A stretch of DNA of 64,000 bases from Clostridia bacterium (lineage in GTDB: Bacteria > Bacillota > Clostridia > Oscillospirales > QAMX01), in assembly GCA_017532825.1 (NCBI GenBank), contig JAFXIT010000056.1, positions 6,024-70,023 of the forward strand, written 5' to 3'. A model generated the notes under the pieces. It saw only the letters and a program-made list of their open reading frames with translations, did no database searches and was not told the DNA's origin. This document shows positions 35,837 through 45,176 of the stretch, one piece after another (position 1 is the stretch's first letter; every line of letters starts with the position of its first letter). The translations under genes were made by a program, and so were the position numbers.

Positions 35837-36973
35837 ATGCCTTTACAGATCGAACAGAACGTTGACAACGTCGTGAATATTAAGGTTATCGGTATAGGCG
35901 GCGGCGGTAACAACGCCATAAACCGCATGGTCGAGAGCAACCTGCAGGGAGTGGAGTTCATCTCCGTCAACACCGACAAGCAGCAGCTTCTCAGCGCAGC
36001 GGGAATCCCTCTTCAGGTGGGCGAGCGCATCACCAAGGGCCAGGGCTGCGGTGCTAACCCCGACAAGGGCAAGAAGGCGTTGGAGGAAAACCGTGAGGAC
36101 ATTCAGGGTCTGCTCCAGAACACCGACATGGTATTTATAACTGCAGGTATGGGCGGCGGTACCGGTACCGGCGGCGCCCCCGTGGTCGCCGAGATCGCCC
36201 GTGACATGGGCATTCTGACCGTTGGCGTAGTGACCAAGCCCTTCAAGTTTGAAGGCTCCAAGAGAATGAAGCAGGCCGAAGAGGGCATTGCCGCTCTCCG
36301 TGAAAAGGTCGACTCCCTGGTCGTCATCCCCAACGAGAGACTCAAGTACGTAACCGAGCAGAAGATAACCTTCCTCAACGCATTTAACTATGCCGACGAC
36401 GTTCTCCGTCAGGCTGTCCAGAGCATTTCCGACCTTATAAAGATGCCCGGTCTTGTCAACCTTGACTTTGCCGACGTCTGTGCGGTAATGCGTGACGCAG
36501 GCTATGCACATATGGGCGTAGGCCGTGCCTCCGGCAAGGAAAAGGCACTCGAGGCAGCAAAGCTTGCCATCCAGAGCCCGCTGCTTGAGACCTCCATCAA
36601 CGGCGCCCGTGGCGTACTTATCAACATCATCGGTTCGGTCGATATCGGTCTGGAAGAGATCGAGACCGCCGCATCCATCGTCGAAGAGTCGGCGCATCCC
36701 GATGCCAACATAATCTTCGGTGCCGCCATCGACGAAAGCCTTGACGACGAGATCAAGGTCACCATCATCGCTACCGGCTTTGATACCGAGGGTCCCAACC
36801 CCATCAAGGCCCCCACCACCTCGGCAGTAGTTGCCGAAATGGTCACCGGTGAAGCCGAGAACGCCGACGGCAACCTTGACGTTTATCCCCAGGGCATAAG
36901 CGGCGAAAAGGAAGTAAAAAAGTCTGAGGACGATCCCTACGGCGACATAATGGCTATTTTCAATAAGAGATAA
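35837..36973 (+). CDS. ftsZ: cell division GTPase FtsZ (copy 1)
   Basis: GIGGGGNNAINRM, the tubulin signature TAGMGGGTGTGGAPVVA, and a C-terminal peptide DDPYGDIMAIFNKR. RBS AGGAGG. Confidence 0.9.
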   Translation: MPLQIEQNVDNVVNIKVIGIGGGGNNAINRMVESNLQGVEFISVNTDKQQLLSAAGIPLQVGERITKGQGCGANPDKGKKALEENREDIQGLLQNTDMVFITAGMGGGTGTGGAPVVAEIARDMGILTVGVVTKPFKFEGSKRMKQAEEGIAALREKVDSLVVIPNERLKYVTEQKITFLNAFNYADDVLRQAVQSISDLIKMPGLVNLDFADVCAVMRDAGYAHMGVGRASGKEKALEAAKLAIQSPLLETSINGARGVLINIIGSVDIGLEEIETAASIVEESAHPDANIIFGAAIDESLDDEIKVTIIATGFDTEGPNPIKAPTTSAVVAEMVTGEAENADGNLDVYPQGISGEKEVKKSEDDPYGDIMAIFNKR

Positions 36974-36986
36974 CGGAAGCTTTCGA

Positions 36987-37015
36987 AGGGCTGTCCTTAA
37001 AAGGGACAGCCTTTT
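36987..37015 (+). terminator. hairpin or terminator between the two ftsZ genes
   Basis: gggctgtccc-ttaaaa-gggacagcc followed by TTTT. Confidence 0.5.
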
Positions 37016-37040
37016 GAGACTGTCTTGGGAGGAAAGTAAA

Positions 37041-38159
37041 ATGGCGATAAGGTTTGGCGGAAGCGAAGAAAGCGTATCCCGCATAAAGGTAATAGGAATA
37101 GGCGGCGGCGGAAACAATACCGTCGACAGAATGATAAGCGCAGGACTTACCGGTGCTGAATTCATCGCTATAAATACCGACCTTCAACAGCTTGAGCGCT
37201 CTCTTGCCCCCGTAAAGCTCCAGACGGGCGAAAAGGTCGCCTGCGGTAAGGGCTGCGGCGCTATGCCGGAAAAGGGGAGGAAGGCCGCAGAGGAGAGCCG
37301 TGCCGAGATCAAGGCGCTCATATCCGATGCAGACCTGCTCTTTATAACTGCAGGTATGGGCGGCGGTACGGGTACGGGCGGAGCCCCCGTTGTCGCCGAG
37401 ATCGCCAAGGAGCTTGGTATTCTGACCGTCGGCGTAGTTACCCGCCCCTTCAAGTTTGAGGGCGCACGCCGCCGTATACAGGCCGAAAAGGGTATCGCCG
37501 AGCTTCACGGTGTGGTCGACTCCCTGCTTGTAATTCCCAATGAGAGACTGAAATACGTTACCGACCAAAAGATAACACTCGTCAATGCTTTTAACCTGGC
37601 AGACGACGTCCTGCGCCAGGCTATACGCAGTATCTACGAGCTTATAACCGTCAACGGGCTTATCAACCTCGACTTTGCCGATATCGAGACCGTCGTGTCC
37701 GACGGCGGCTTTGCCCATATGGGCGTAGGCCGTGCGGCGGGTGTCGGAAAGGCCCTTTCTGCCGCAAAGATGGCGGTCCAGAGTCCGCTGCTTGAGACCT
37801 CCATCAACGGCGCACGCGGTATAATAATCAACATCACCGGCGGCAAGGATATGGAGCTTGCCGAGGTCGAGGAAGCCGCAGGCTTCGTTCAGGACAACGT
37901 CGGCGAGGATGCCACCATCCTCTTCGGTGCGGCTATAGACCCCTCTCTCAAGGATGAAATGCGTATCACCATCATTGCTACGGGCTTTGAAAGCGACGAT
38001 GCAAACCCCATGGAGGCCGAGCCGCAACCCGTCGAAGCGACCGATGCGCTGCCCTTCTTTTCAAAGAAGAAGTCCGAGGATACCGAAGCCTCCGAGCCCT
38101 CTGCCAATGCTGACGATTGGTTTGACTCCGACCTTTTAAGGCAGATCTTCGGAAAGTAA
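37041..38159 (+). CDS. FtsZ paralogue (copy 2)
   Basis: Complete FtsZ GTPase and C-terminal domains at roughly 60-65% identity to copy 1 by eye. It has an intact GGGTGTG signature and its own C-terminal tail (DDWFDSDLLRQIFGK). RBS GGGAGG. Confidence 0.85.
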   Translation: MAIRFGGSEESVSRIKVIGIGGGGNNTVDRMISAGLTGAEFIAINTDLQQLERSLAPVKLQTGEKVACGKGCGAMPEKGRKAAEESRAEIKALISDADLLFITAGMGGGTGTGGAPVVAEIAKELGILTVGVVTRPFKFEGARRRIQAEKGIAELHGVVDSLLVIPNERLKYVTDQKITLVNAFNLADDVLRQAIRSIYELITVNGLINLDFADIETVVSDGGFAHMGVGRAAGVGKALSAAKMAVQSPLLETSINGARGIIINITGGKDMELAEVEEAAGFVQDNVGEDATILFGAAIDPSLKDEMRITIIATGFESDDANPMEAEPQPVEATDALPFFSKKKSEDTEASEPSANADDWFDSDLLRQIFGK

Positions 38160-38182
38160 TAGCGGAAAATGATCTAAAACTG

Positions 38183-38212
38183 CCCTGCGGTAGCCCCGCA
38201 GGGCTTTTTCAT
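38183..38212 (+). terminator. terminator after the ftsZ pair
   Basis: ccctgcgg-tagcc-ccgcaggg followed by CTTTTTC. Confidence 0.6.
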
Positions 38213-38217
38213 GCCCT

Positions 38218-38246
38218 TGACAGCGAATTGTACGGTTGATATAATG
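38218..38246 (+). promoter_or_regulatory. sigma-A promoter of the response-regulator gene
   Basis: TTGACA, 17-nt spacer, TATAAT (38241-38246). Confidence 0.55.
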
Positions 38247-38271
38247 TCAATAATTATAGGGGGGCGGAAGG

Positions 38272-38928
38272 ATGAAAAAGATACTTATCATAGACGACGA
38301 CGTCCATATAGGAAATATGCTCCAAGAGGTCTTGGAGAGGGAAGGCTACGACGTTATGCGTGCCTATTCGGGAACGGAGGCTCTGCTGCTGCTTTCCTCC
38401 GTACGCCCCGACCTCTGCCTGCTTGATCTAATGCTCCCGGGCCTTTCGGGTGAGCAGGTACTGCCGCAGCTTGACGGTGTGCCGACTATCGTCGTCAGTG
38501 CGAAGGTGGATATAGACAACAAGGTCTCCATGCTACTTGCAGGTGCGGCAGATTACGTGACAAAACCCTTTGATACAAAGGAACTTTTGGCCCGTATTGC
38601 GGTCGCCTTGAGGGGGAAAGCGGCGACTCCGACGGTACTTTCTTTTGATCTTATAACCCTCGATACGGTAGTCCGGACCGTCACCGTGGGAGAGTGCGAA
38701 ATAAAGCTCACTCCGACGGAGTTTGCCCTGCTCAAACATCTTATGCAAAACCCCGAACAGGTGCTATCCAAATCGCAGCTTCTTGACCGCATAGCCCTTG
38801 ATACACCCGACTGCACCGAAAGCTCATTAAAAATGCACGTCAGCAACCTTCGCAGAAAGCTCCGTGAGATATCCGGCAGGGACTATATAGAAGCGGTATG
38901 GGGGATAGGCTTTAAGCTCAAAAAATAA
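38272..38928 (+). CDS. OmpR-family response regulator
   Basis: Receiver domain (DDD…K), a winged-helix C-terminus, 218 aa. Confidence 0.85.
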   Translation: MKKILIIDDDVHIGNMLQEVLEREGYDVMRAYSGTEALLLLSSVRPDLCLLDLMLPGLSGEQVLPQLDGVPTIVVSAKVDIDNKVSMLLAGAADYVTKPFDTKELLARIAVALRGKAATPTVLSFDLITLDTVVRTVTVGECEIKLTPTEFALLKHLMQNPEQVLSKSQLLDRIALDTPDCTESSLKMHVSNLRRKLREISGRDYIEAVWGIGFKLKK

Positions 38929-38972
38929 ATCTTTACCAAATCTTTACCCTCTTCTTTACCGCAAACTTTACG
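38929..38972 (+). promoter_or_regulatory. four direct repeats (A/T)TCTTTAC(C) at 11-12 bp spacing; putative response-regulator binding site
   Basis: CTTTAC at 38931, 38942, 38954 and 38966, between the regulator stop and the ABC-transporter RBS. Confidence 0.5.
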
Positions 38973-39018
38973 CCTTTGAGGTAGAATTACAGCGAAGAAA
39001 ACAAAAGGAGGTTTTCGT

Positions 39019-39933
39019 ATGGAAAATGTGCTGGTGACCTCTGCGCTGTGTAAACGCTACGGCAGGGCATACGCCCTCAAGGACGTAACGATGAGCGTTC
39101 CCAAAGGGGCTATCTACGGGTTCGTCGGCCGCAACGGTGCGGGCAAGACCACCCTTATCCGTGTCGTTTGCGGACTTCAGAAGCCAAGCGGCGGGACTTA
39201 TTCCCTCTACGGTGTTGAAAACGATGACAGGACGATAGCGTCATCCAGGAGAAGGATGGGTGCGGTAGTCGAAACACCGTCGCTCTACCTCAATATGTCT
39301 GCCGAAGACAACCTCAAACAGCAGGCACTTATGCTCGGTCTGCCATCTTATGACGCTATTCCGGGACTGCTTGATCTGGTGGGGCTTGGCCACGTCGGAA
39401 GAAAAAAGGTCAAGAATTTTTCTCTCGGTATGAAACAGCGTCTGGGGATCGCCGTTGCGCTGACGGGCAACCCCGACTTTGTACTGCTCGACGAACCGAC
39501 AAACGGCCTTGACCCGCAGGGCATCGTCGAGATACGTGAGCTGATACTCAGACTGAATCGTGTGCAGGGGATAACCTTTCTCATCTCCAGCCACATCCTC
39601 TCCGAGCTTTCACGTCTTGCAACGCACTACGGATTTATAGACAAGGGTCGGCTGGTAAAGGAGATAAGTGCCGCAGAACTTGAGTCCGCCTGCAGAAAAT
39701 GTCTGAGGGTGGAGGTGAACGATACGAAGGCTCTCGTCCGTGTGCTGGACAAAATGGGAAGGCAATACGAGATCCTTTCGGACACCTCAGCAGATATCTA
39801 CGGCGAGATCGGGCTTTCGGAACTTGTGCTGGCGTTGGACAAGGAGGGAGGAGAGCTCCTTTCGGCGAAGGAGCAGGATGAAAACTTAGAGGCCTACTTT
39901 ATCAATCTGATAGGGGGCAACACCGATGAGTAA
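39019..39933 (+). CDS. ABC transporter ATP-binding protein (ABC-2 type)
   Basis: Walker A GRNGAGKTT, the LSGGMKQR-type signature, Walker B LLDEPT. Confidence 0.85.
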   Translation: MENVLVTSALCKRYGRAYALKDVTMSVPKGAIYGFVGRNGAGKTTLIRVVCGLQKPSGGTYSLYGVENDDRTIASSRRRMGAVVETPSLYLNMSAEDNLKQQALMLGLPSYDAIPGLLDLVGLGHVGRKKVKNFSLGMKQRLGIAVALTGNPDFVLLDEPTNGLDPQGIVEIRELILRLNRVQGITFLISSHILSELSRLATHYGFIDKGRLVKEISAAELESACRKCLRVEVNDTKALVRVLDKMGRQYEILSDTSADIYGEIGLSELVLALDKEGGELLSAKEQDENLEAYFINLIGGNTDE

Positions 39934-40816
39934 ACTGCTAAAAGCGACGTTTTTCAGGTATACCCACAGCATGGTGTTTGGTATCTGCCTTCTGCTGACG
40001 GCTGTTTTCGCAGGACTGTTTTCCCGTTGGATACACTACGCCTCGGAGTTGAGCGCACGGTGGTTTCTCGCAGAGATCATAGTCTTTGCGACGGTTATAT
40101 GCCTCACGGTCGGAACCGAAACGGCAGGCTGTGTGAAAAATAAGCTCGTCTGCGGTTTTTCAAGAACGAAGATATTTTTTTCCGAACTGATAGTTGCGAA
40201 CGTAGTAGTACTGTTCTTTTTTGCGATCTTCGCTGCTTTCTCCTTCGTGGTCAATATCAGGTTGCTTGGGAACACGCCTCTGAAAATGATCCTCCAATGC
40301 CTGCTTGGTTTTGGGTGTATGGCCGTTATGCTTGCGACGGCGTTTGTCACCGTCTCTTGTATTTTTTCAAGACCCGCTGCGGCCGCGGCGGGATGTATGA
40401 TAACCGTCGTCGTCCTTTTTGCCTCCACCGCCTTGGTGCTGGATCTGCTTGCCGAGCCCGAATTTTTTAAGGGACGGTACAGAGTCGATGGCGGAGAATG
40501 GCAGGATTATATCGAGGAAAACGAAAGGTATGTTGACAGTCCTCTCCGTGAGGTACTGATATTTTATAAAAACGCAAATCCCTTCGGGGTGCTTTCCGAT
40601 TACGAGGATGTGATGGTGCCCTGGCTCTATGAGGATGAAGCGCTCGCCTCTGCAATGGACGCCACTGCGAACACCATCGGAAACGATTTCCTGCGTCGGG
40701 AGATATCTCCCGACGAGCAACGTTTTTTAGACCGTGCGCCGATCAGAATGGTCGCACCCGTCCCCGTGCTCATACTCGCAGGATGGCTGATCTTCAGAAG
40801 AAAGACGTTTTCGTAG
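39926..40816 (+). CDS. ABC-2 family permease
   Basis: Multi-transmembrane protein coupled to the ATPase gene. Confidence 0.6.
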   Translation: MSKLLKATFFRYTHSMVFGICLLLTAVFAGLFSRWIHYASELSARWFLAEIIVFATVICLTVGTETAGCVKNKLVCGFSRTKIFFSELIVANVVVLFFFAIFAAFSFVVNIRLLGNTPLKMILQCLLGFGCMAVMLATAFVTVSCIFSRPAAAAAGCMITVVVLFASTALVLDLLAEPEFFKGRYRVDGGEWQDYIEENERYVDSPLREVLIFYKNANPFGVLSDYEDVMVPWLYEDEALASAMDATANTIGNDFLRREISPDEQRFLDRAPIRMVAPVPVLILAGWLIFRRKTFS

Positions 40817-40827
40817 GGGTGGCAAAT

Positions 40828-41703
40828 ATGACAAAGCTTATAAGAGCGGGTGTGCACAGATACCTCAAAAGCAGAACCTTCCGCATAGCCTTACTGCTTT
40901 CGTTTGGGCTGGGTCTGCTTGGCGGGGCACGTACCTCGGAAACGTTTACCTTTGATGAGTTTTTTATAACGATCGGCTTTTTGCTGATTGCTGTTACCGT
41001 GTCGTTTGCGGTAGGACAGGAATACGGCGAGGGGCAGTTTAGAAACAAGCTCGTAGCGGGCCACGGAAGGGGAGAGATATTTTTCTCCGAGCTGATGCTC
41101 TCTCTTGGAGGAACGGCTGTGATGTTCCTGCTGATGGCTGCGGGATTTTCGGTGTTTAATTACGAACTGTTTGGTGCGGTCGGGTACGATATTATGATGT
41201 CGGTATTTGTCGGAAGCCTGCTTGGTTGCCTTGCGGCGGCAGGGGTATATCTGGCGGTAAGCTGCCTTATTCCCAACAGAGCCGTCGCCGTCGTACTGAA
41301 CGCAGTACTGCTTATCGTTGCCGTGAACGCCTACTCACGCATCGCCGTAGCACTGAATCAGTCGGAGTTTTACTATATCGTATCCTCCGATCAGATGCCG
41401 CAGGAGGGTGAAGAGATGCCTCTGCCGAGCAGACCCGAAGGCGAGCGCGTTGACAACCCTTTTTACGTCGGCGGGGTGAAACGACAGGTCTTTAATTTCG
41501 TCCAAAAGGCATCTCCTTTCGGGATCGAAAGGCAGTATACCGACATCGTGAAGAAATACCTTTTGGCCACGGACGGATTGCCTTTGGATGATGAGGATAA
41601 GGACCGCAGTGAGATACTTCCGCTTCCGCTCTACCCGCTTGGAGTACTCGTCGCCGTGACGGCAGTCGGATACCTGGCCTTTCGAAGAAAGGAATTCAAA
41701 TAA
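40828..41703 (+). CDS. ABC-2 family permease (second)
   Basis: Paralogous multi-transmembrane protein. Confidence 0.6.
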   Translation: MTKLIRAGVHRYLKSRTFRIALLLSFGLGLLGGARTSETFTFDEFFITIGFLLIAVTVSFAVGQEYGEGQFRNKLVAGHGRGEIFFSELMLSLGGTAVMFLLMAAGFSVFNYELFGAVGYDIMMSVFVGSLLGCLAAAGVYLAVSCLIPNRAVAVVLNAVLLIVAVNAYSRIAVALNQSEFYYIVSSDQMPQEGEEMPLPSRPEGERVDNPFYVGGVKRQVFNFVQKASPFGIERQYTDIVKKYLLATDGLPLDDEDKDRSEILPLPLYPLGVLVAVTAVGYLAFRRKEFK

Positions 41704-41718
41704 AAGGAGGTCGGAAGG

Positions 41719-42603
41719 ATGGCCCTGCTTTGGCTCGTCTGCGGAGGATTGCTCGTGCTGGTGATCGCTCTTGCGGTGAAGATCTGTATTATGCGAAAGA
41801 GTATGGACGAGATATGCCGTTGCGTTTGCGATCATCTTCCCACCGATACGAATCGCCTTATCTCCGTCTCGTCGGGGGACAGATACGTCAGACGTCTTGC
41901 CTCGGAGCTGTCTGTGCGACTGTCAGAGCTTCGCAGACAGCGGCGGCGGTATATAAACGGCGACCGTGAGCTTAAGGAGGCCGTGACCAATATATCCCAC
42001 GATCTCCGCACACCGCTGACTGCCGTCAGGGGATATCTCGACCTGCTTGAACGGGAGGAAACCTCGCCCGCCGTCAGACGGTATCTTTCGCTCATATCAG
42101 ACCGTACCGAGGCTCTGCGCAGGCTTACCGAGGAGCTTTTCCGATACTCGGTGATATCATCGGAGACGGAACTGGTTTTTCAGGACGTCGACCTGCGGAG
42201 TATGCTTGAAGAGAGCCTGCTGTCCTTCTATGCGGCGTTCGGGGAAAAGAACATCTATCCGAAGATATCCCTTCCGTCGGTTTCCGTCGTTCGCAGACTT
42301 GACTCTTCGGCCTTTTCCCGAATACTTTCAAACATTATCGGCAACGCCGTGAAATACAGCGACGGCGATTTCAAGGTCAGCCTGAGTGAGGGCGGGGAGA
42401 TACTGTTTGAAAACACGGCCTCCGACCTGTCAAACGTCGACGTGGGAAAGCTTTTCGACAGATTCTATACCGTCGATTCCGCCAGGCGGTCGACAGGACT
42501 CGGCCTCTCCATCGCAAAGCTGTTGACCGAGCGCATGGGCGGCAGTATATCGGCCGACTTTGCCGACAAAAAGCTTCGGATAACGGTGATATTTGAACAG
42601 TAA
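41719..42603 (+). CDS. sensor histidine kinase (intramembrane-sensing type)
   Basis: One N-terminal transmembrane helix, HisKA (SHDLRTPLTAV), HATPase_c. Confidence 0.8.
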   Translation: MALLWLVCGGLLVLVIALAVKICIMRKSMDEICRCVCDHLPTDTNRLISVSSGDRYVRRLASELSVRLSELRRQRRRYINGDRELKEAVTNISHDLRTPLTAVRGYLDLLEREETSPAVRRYLSLISDRTEALRRLTEELFRYSVISSETELVFQDVDLRSMLEESLLSFYAAFGEKNIYPKISLPSVSVVRRLDSSAFSRILSNIIGNAVKYSDGDFKVSLSEGGEILFENTASDLSNVDVGKLFDRFYTVDSARRSTGLGLSIAKLLTERMGGSISADFADKKLRITVIFEQ

Positions 42604-42640
42604 AAAGGGCACTCGGATTCTTCCGAGTGCCTTTTATTTT
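42604..42640. terminator. bidirectional terminator
   Basis: aagggcactcgga-ttct-tccgagtgcctttt. Confidence 0.6.
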
Positions 42641-42648
42641 TCGGGTGT

Positions 42649-43416
42649 CTATCGATCCACACCCATTGCCTTGAGGTTTTCGAAGCTGATGCGGAGGCTT
42701 TCAAAGGGGTCGACGGGGCAGGAGTCCTGCTCGATGATGTACTTTTCGATGCCGTTTCGCTCGCAGGCGGCAATTATGCCCGCCCAGTTGAGGTTGCCCT
42801 CGCCGATCTCGGCGAATACCTGCCTGCCTTCGGCGCTGAAGGCCATGTCCTTGAAGTGGATAAGATCCATACGTCCCGAAAGCTTGTCTATCCACACCGT
42901 CGGGTCGCCGCCGCCTGCGGTGATCCAATAGGTGTCTATCTCGCCCCGAAGGGTGGGAGCGTTGTCGTATATGATGTCAAGGCCGGTCTTCTTTCCGAAA
43001 CGGATCATCTCGAAGTTGTGGTTGTGGTAGACGTAGTTGAGTCCCGCTTCCTTGAGACGGCAGGCGAGCTCCTCGGACTTTTTTGCAAATTCGGTAAAGC
43101 CCTGCTCTGTCCTGCGGTCAAATATATCGTTTGGCATAGAGCCAAGCCCTACGTTTTTACAGCCGTATATATAGTGCTTTTCTATGAGCTCGTCGGTACG
43201 GTTGGCGATCTCATCATAGGAGTTATGTGTCACGAGTATCGAAAGGCCGTTGTCATCCATTATCCTCCGCATACGGTCGTGTGGGATGCTTCCAAGACCA
43301 GAGACCTGGACGGTGTCGTAGCCGATCGCGGCTATCTTTTCCATACTGCGTGCAATGTCCTCTTCGGTCTTGCAAAATTCACGGACGGTGTAAAGCTGGG
43401 CTGCGAGCTTGCTCAT
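42649..43416 (-). CDS. sugar phosphate isomerase/epimerase (xylose-isomerase-like TIM barrel)
   Basis: 255 aa with an AP_endonuc_2 / TIM-barrel pattern. Confidence 0.55.
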   Translation of the reverse strand: MSKLAAQLYTVREFCKTEEDIARSMEKIAAIGYDTVQVSGLGSIPHDRMRRIMDDNGLSILVTHNSYDEIANRTDELIEKHYIYGCKNVGLGSMPNDIFDRRTEQGFTEFAKKSEELACRLKEAGLNYVYHNHNFEMIRFGKKTGLDIIYDNAPTLRGEIDTYWITAGGGDPTVWIDKLSGRMDLIHFKDMAFSAEGRQVFAEIGEGNLNWAGIIAACERNGIEKYIIEQDSCPVDPFESLRISFENLKAMGVDR

Positions 43417-43549
43417 ATAAGGGCACCTCTCTTAGATTATTGTAGTAACATTTTATAACATCGTATCCAAAATAGCAATAGTTATATTGAAAATAAAATG
43501 AAAGGGTGGTATAATTACACCATACCCAACGAAAAGAGGTCGTTTAAAG

Positions 43550-44488
43550 ATGAAAGAAATAGCCAACGGCGTATGGCCGACAATGATCACCCCCTTCACC
43601 GAGGACGGAAAGATCGACTATGCAATGGTCGAGAAGCTCGTGGAATGGTATATTGAACGCGGCGTCGCCGGAATTTTTGCGGTGTGCCAGTCTTCGGAGA
43701 TGTTCTTCCTGACCGCAGAGGAAAGGGTAGAGCTTGCCGCATTTATCGTCAAAAAGGTAAACGGCAGAGTCGGTGTCGTTGCCTCGGGTCACTGTGCCGA
43801 CGATCTTGACGAGCAGATCGCAGGTATCGAGGCCATGGCCAAGACCGGCGTAGACAACGTCGTTCTGCTGCCCAACCGTTTTGCCAAGGCCGACGAGGGC
43901 GATGACGTGCTCCTTAAGAACCTTAAGTACGTCCTTGACCGTGTCTCTCCCGAGATCTCCTTTGGCTTCTATGAGTGCCCCTATCCCTACAAGAGAGTAC
44001 TTACCCCCGAAGTCATCTCCTTCTGCGCCGACACCGGTAGATTCACCTTCATGAAGGACACCTGCTGTGATGCAGATCTCATAAACGCCAAAATCCGTGC
44101 AGGCAAGGGAGTCATCAAGCTCTTCAACGCCAACTGCGCTCAGCTTCTGCAGACCCTCAGGGCAGGCGCCTCTGGCTTCTCGGGCGTTATGGCCAACTTC
44201 CACCCCGAAGCCTACGCCTGGCTGTGCAAGAACTACGAGGCTCAGCCCGAGCTTGCAGAGAAGCTTCAGGACTACCTTGGCGTCGTTTCCGCCATCGAGG
44301 GACGTCAGTATCCCGTCTGCGCCAAGAAGTACATCAAGACCTTCCACTTCCCCGAAATGAGCGACTACACCCGTTCCAGCAACCGTGATAATTTCGTTCC
44401 CTCCTTCTACACCGAGGTCCTTTCCTTTAACGCCCTTTACAAGGCGCATATGGCCTGCCTCGGCCTTGATTTCGGAGTGAAGCTCTGA
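43550..44488 (+). CDS. DapA-family (dihydrodipicolinate synthase / N-acetylneuraminate lyase family) aldolase
   Basis: …GVAGIFAVCQSSEMFFLTAEE… class I aldolase pattern; 312 aa. Promoter TTGAAA-17-TGgTATAAT upstream. Confidence 0.6.
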   Translation: MKEIANGVWPTMITPFTEDGKIDYAMVEKLVEWYIERGVAGIFAVCQSSEMFFLTAEERVELAAFIVKKVNGRVGVVASGHCADDLDEQIAGIEAMAKTGVDNVVLLPNRFAKADEGDDVLLKNLKYVLDRVSPEISFGFYECPYPYKRVLTPEVISFCADTGRFTFMKDTCCDADLINAKIRAGKGVIKLFNANCAQLLQTLRAGASGFSGVMANFHPEAYAWLCKNYEAQPELAEKLQDYLGVVSAIEGRQYPVCAKKYIKTFHFPEMSDYTRSSNRDNFVPSFYTEVLSFNALYKAHMACLGLDFGVKL

Positions 44489-45135
44489 TGAGTATAAGGA
44501 TCGCACCGTCGCTGCTTGCGGCCGATTTTGCCGACTACGGTAAGGCGGTCTCCGACCTTGAAAAATGGAAGGCCGACTCGGTGCACTGCGACGTTATGGA
44601 CGGCATCTTCGTCCCCAACATAACCTTCGGTCAGCCGATGATAAAGGCTCTGCGTGAGCGTACCGAGCTTGAGCTGGACGTCCACCTTATGATCGCCGAC
44701 CCCGGTCGGTACGTCGAGGAGTTCGCCCTTGCGGGTGCCGATATAATCACCGTTCACGCCGAAGCCTGCGGACATCTCCACCGTGTGCTCCAGCAGATAC
44801 ACTCTGCGGGCAAGCTTGCGGGAGTTGCGCTCAATCCTTCGACGTCGGAAAAGGTGCTTGAGTACGTTATGGACCAGGTCGACCTTATCCTTTGTATGTC
44901 GGTAAACCCCGGATTCGGCGGCCAGAAGTTTATTCCCTCCACGCTTGGTAAGCTGTCCCGTGTGGCCGATATGATAAAGGCATCGGGAAGAAGCATCCGC
45001 CTTGAGGTGGATGGGGGAGTGACCCCGAACAACGCCGCAGATGTCATTGCCGCAGGCGCCGATATGATAGTATCGGGAAGCGCCGTATTTGGCGCAAAGG
45101 ACCCTGCCGCCGCCATAGCGGCCATGAGAAAATAA
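44488..45135 (+). CDS. rpe: ribulose-phosphate 3-epimerase
   Basis: IAPSLLAADFA…HCDVMDGIFVPNITFG. Confidence 0.85.
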   Translation: MSIRIAPSLLAADFADYGKAVSDLEKWKADSVHCDVMDGIFVPNITFGQPMIKALRERTELELDVHLMIADPGRYVEEFALAGADIITVHAEACGHLHRVLQQIHSAGKLAGVALNPSTSEKVLEYVMDQVDLILCMSVNPGFGGQKFIPSTLGKLSRVADMIKASGRSIRLEVDGGVTPNNAADVIAAGADMIVSGSAVFGAKDPAAAIAAMRK

Positions 45136-45147
45136 CTATACAAAAAG

Positions 45148-45176
45148 GCCTGCCCGATGGGGCAGGTCTTTTTTAT
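45148..45176. terminator. bidirectional terminator
   Basis: ggcctgcccc-atc-ggggcaggcc hairpin plus T-tract. Confidence 0.6.
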
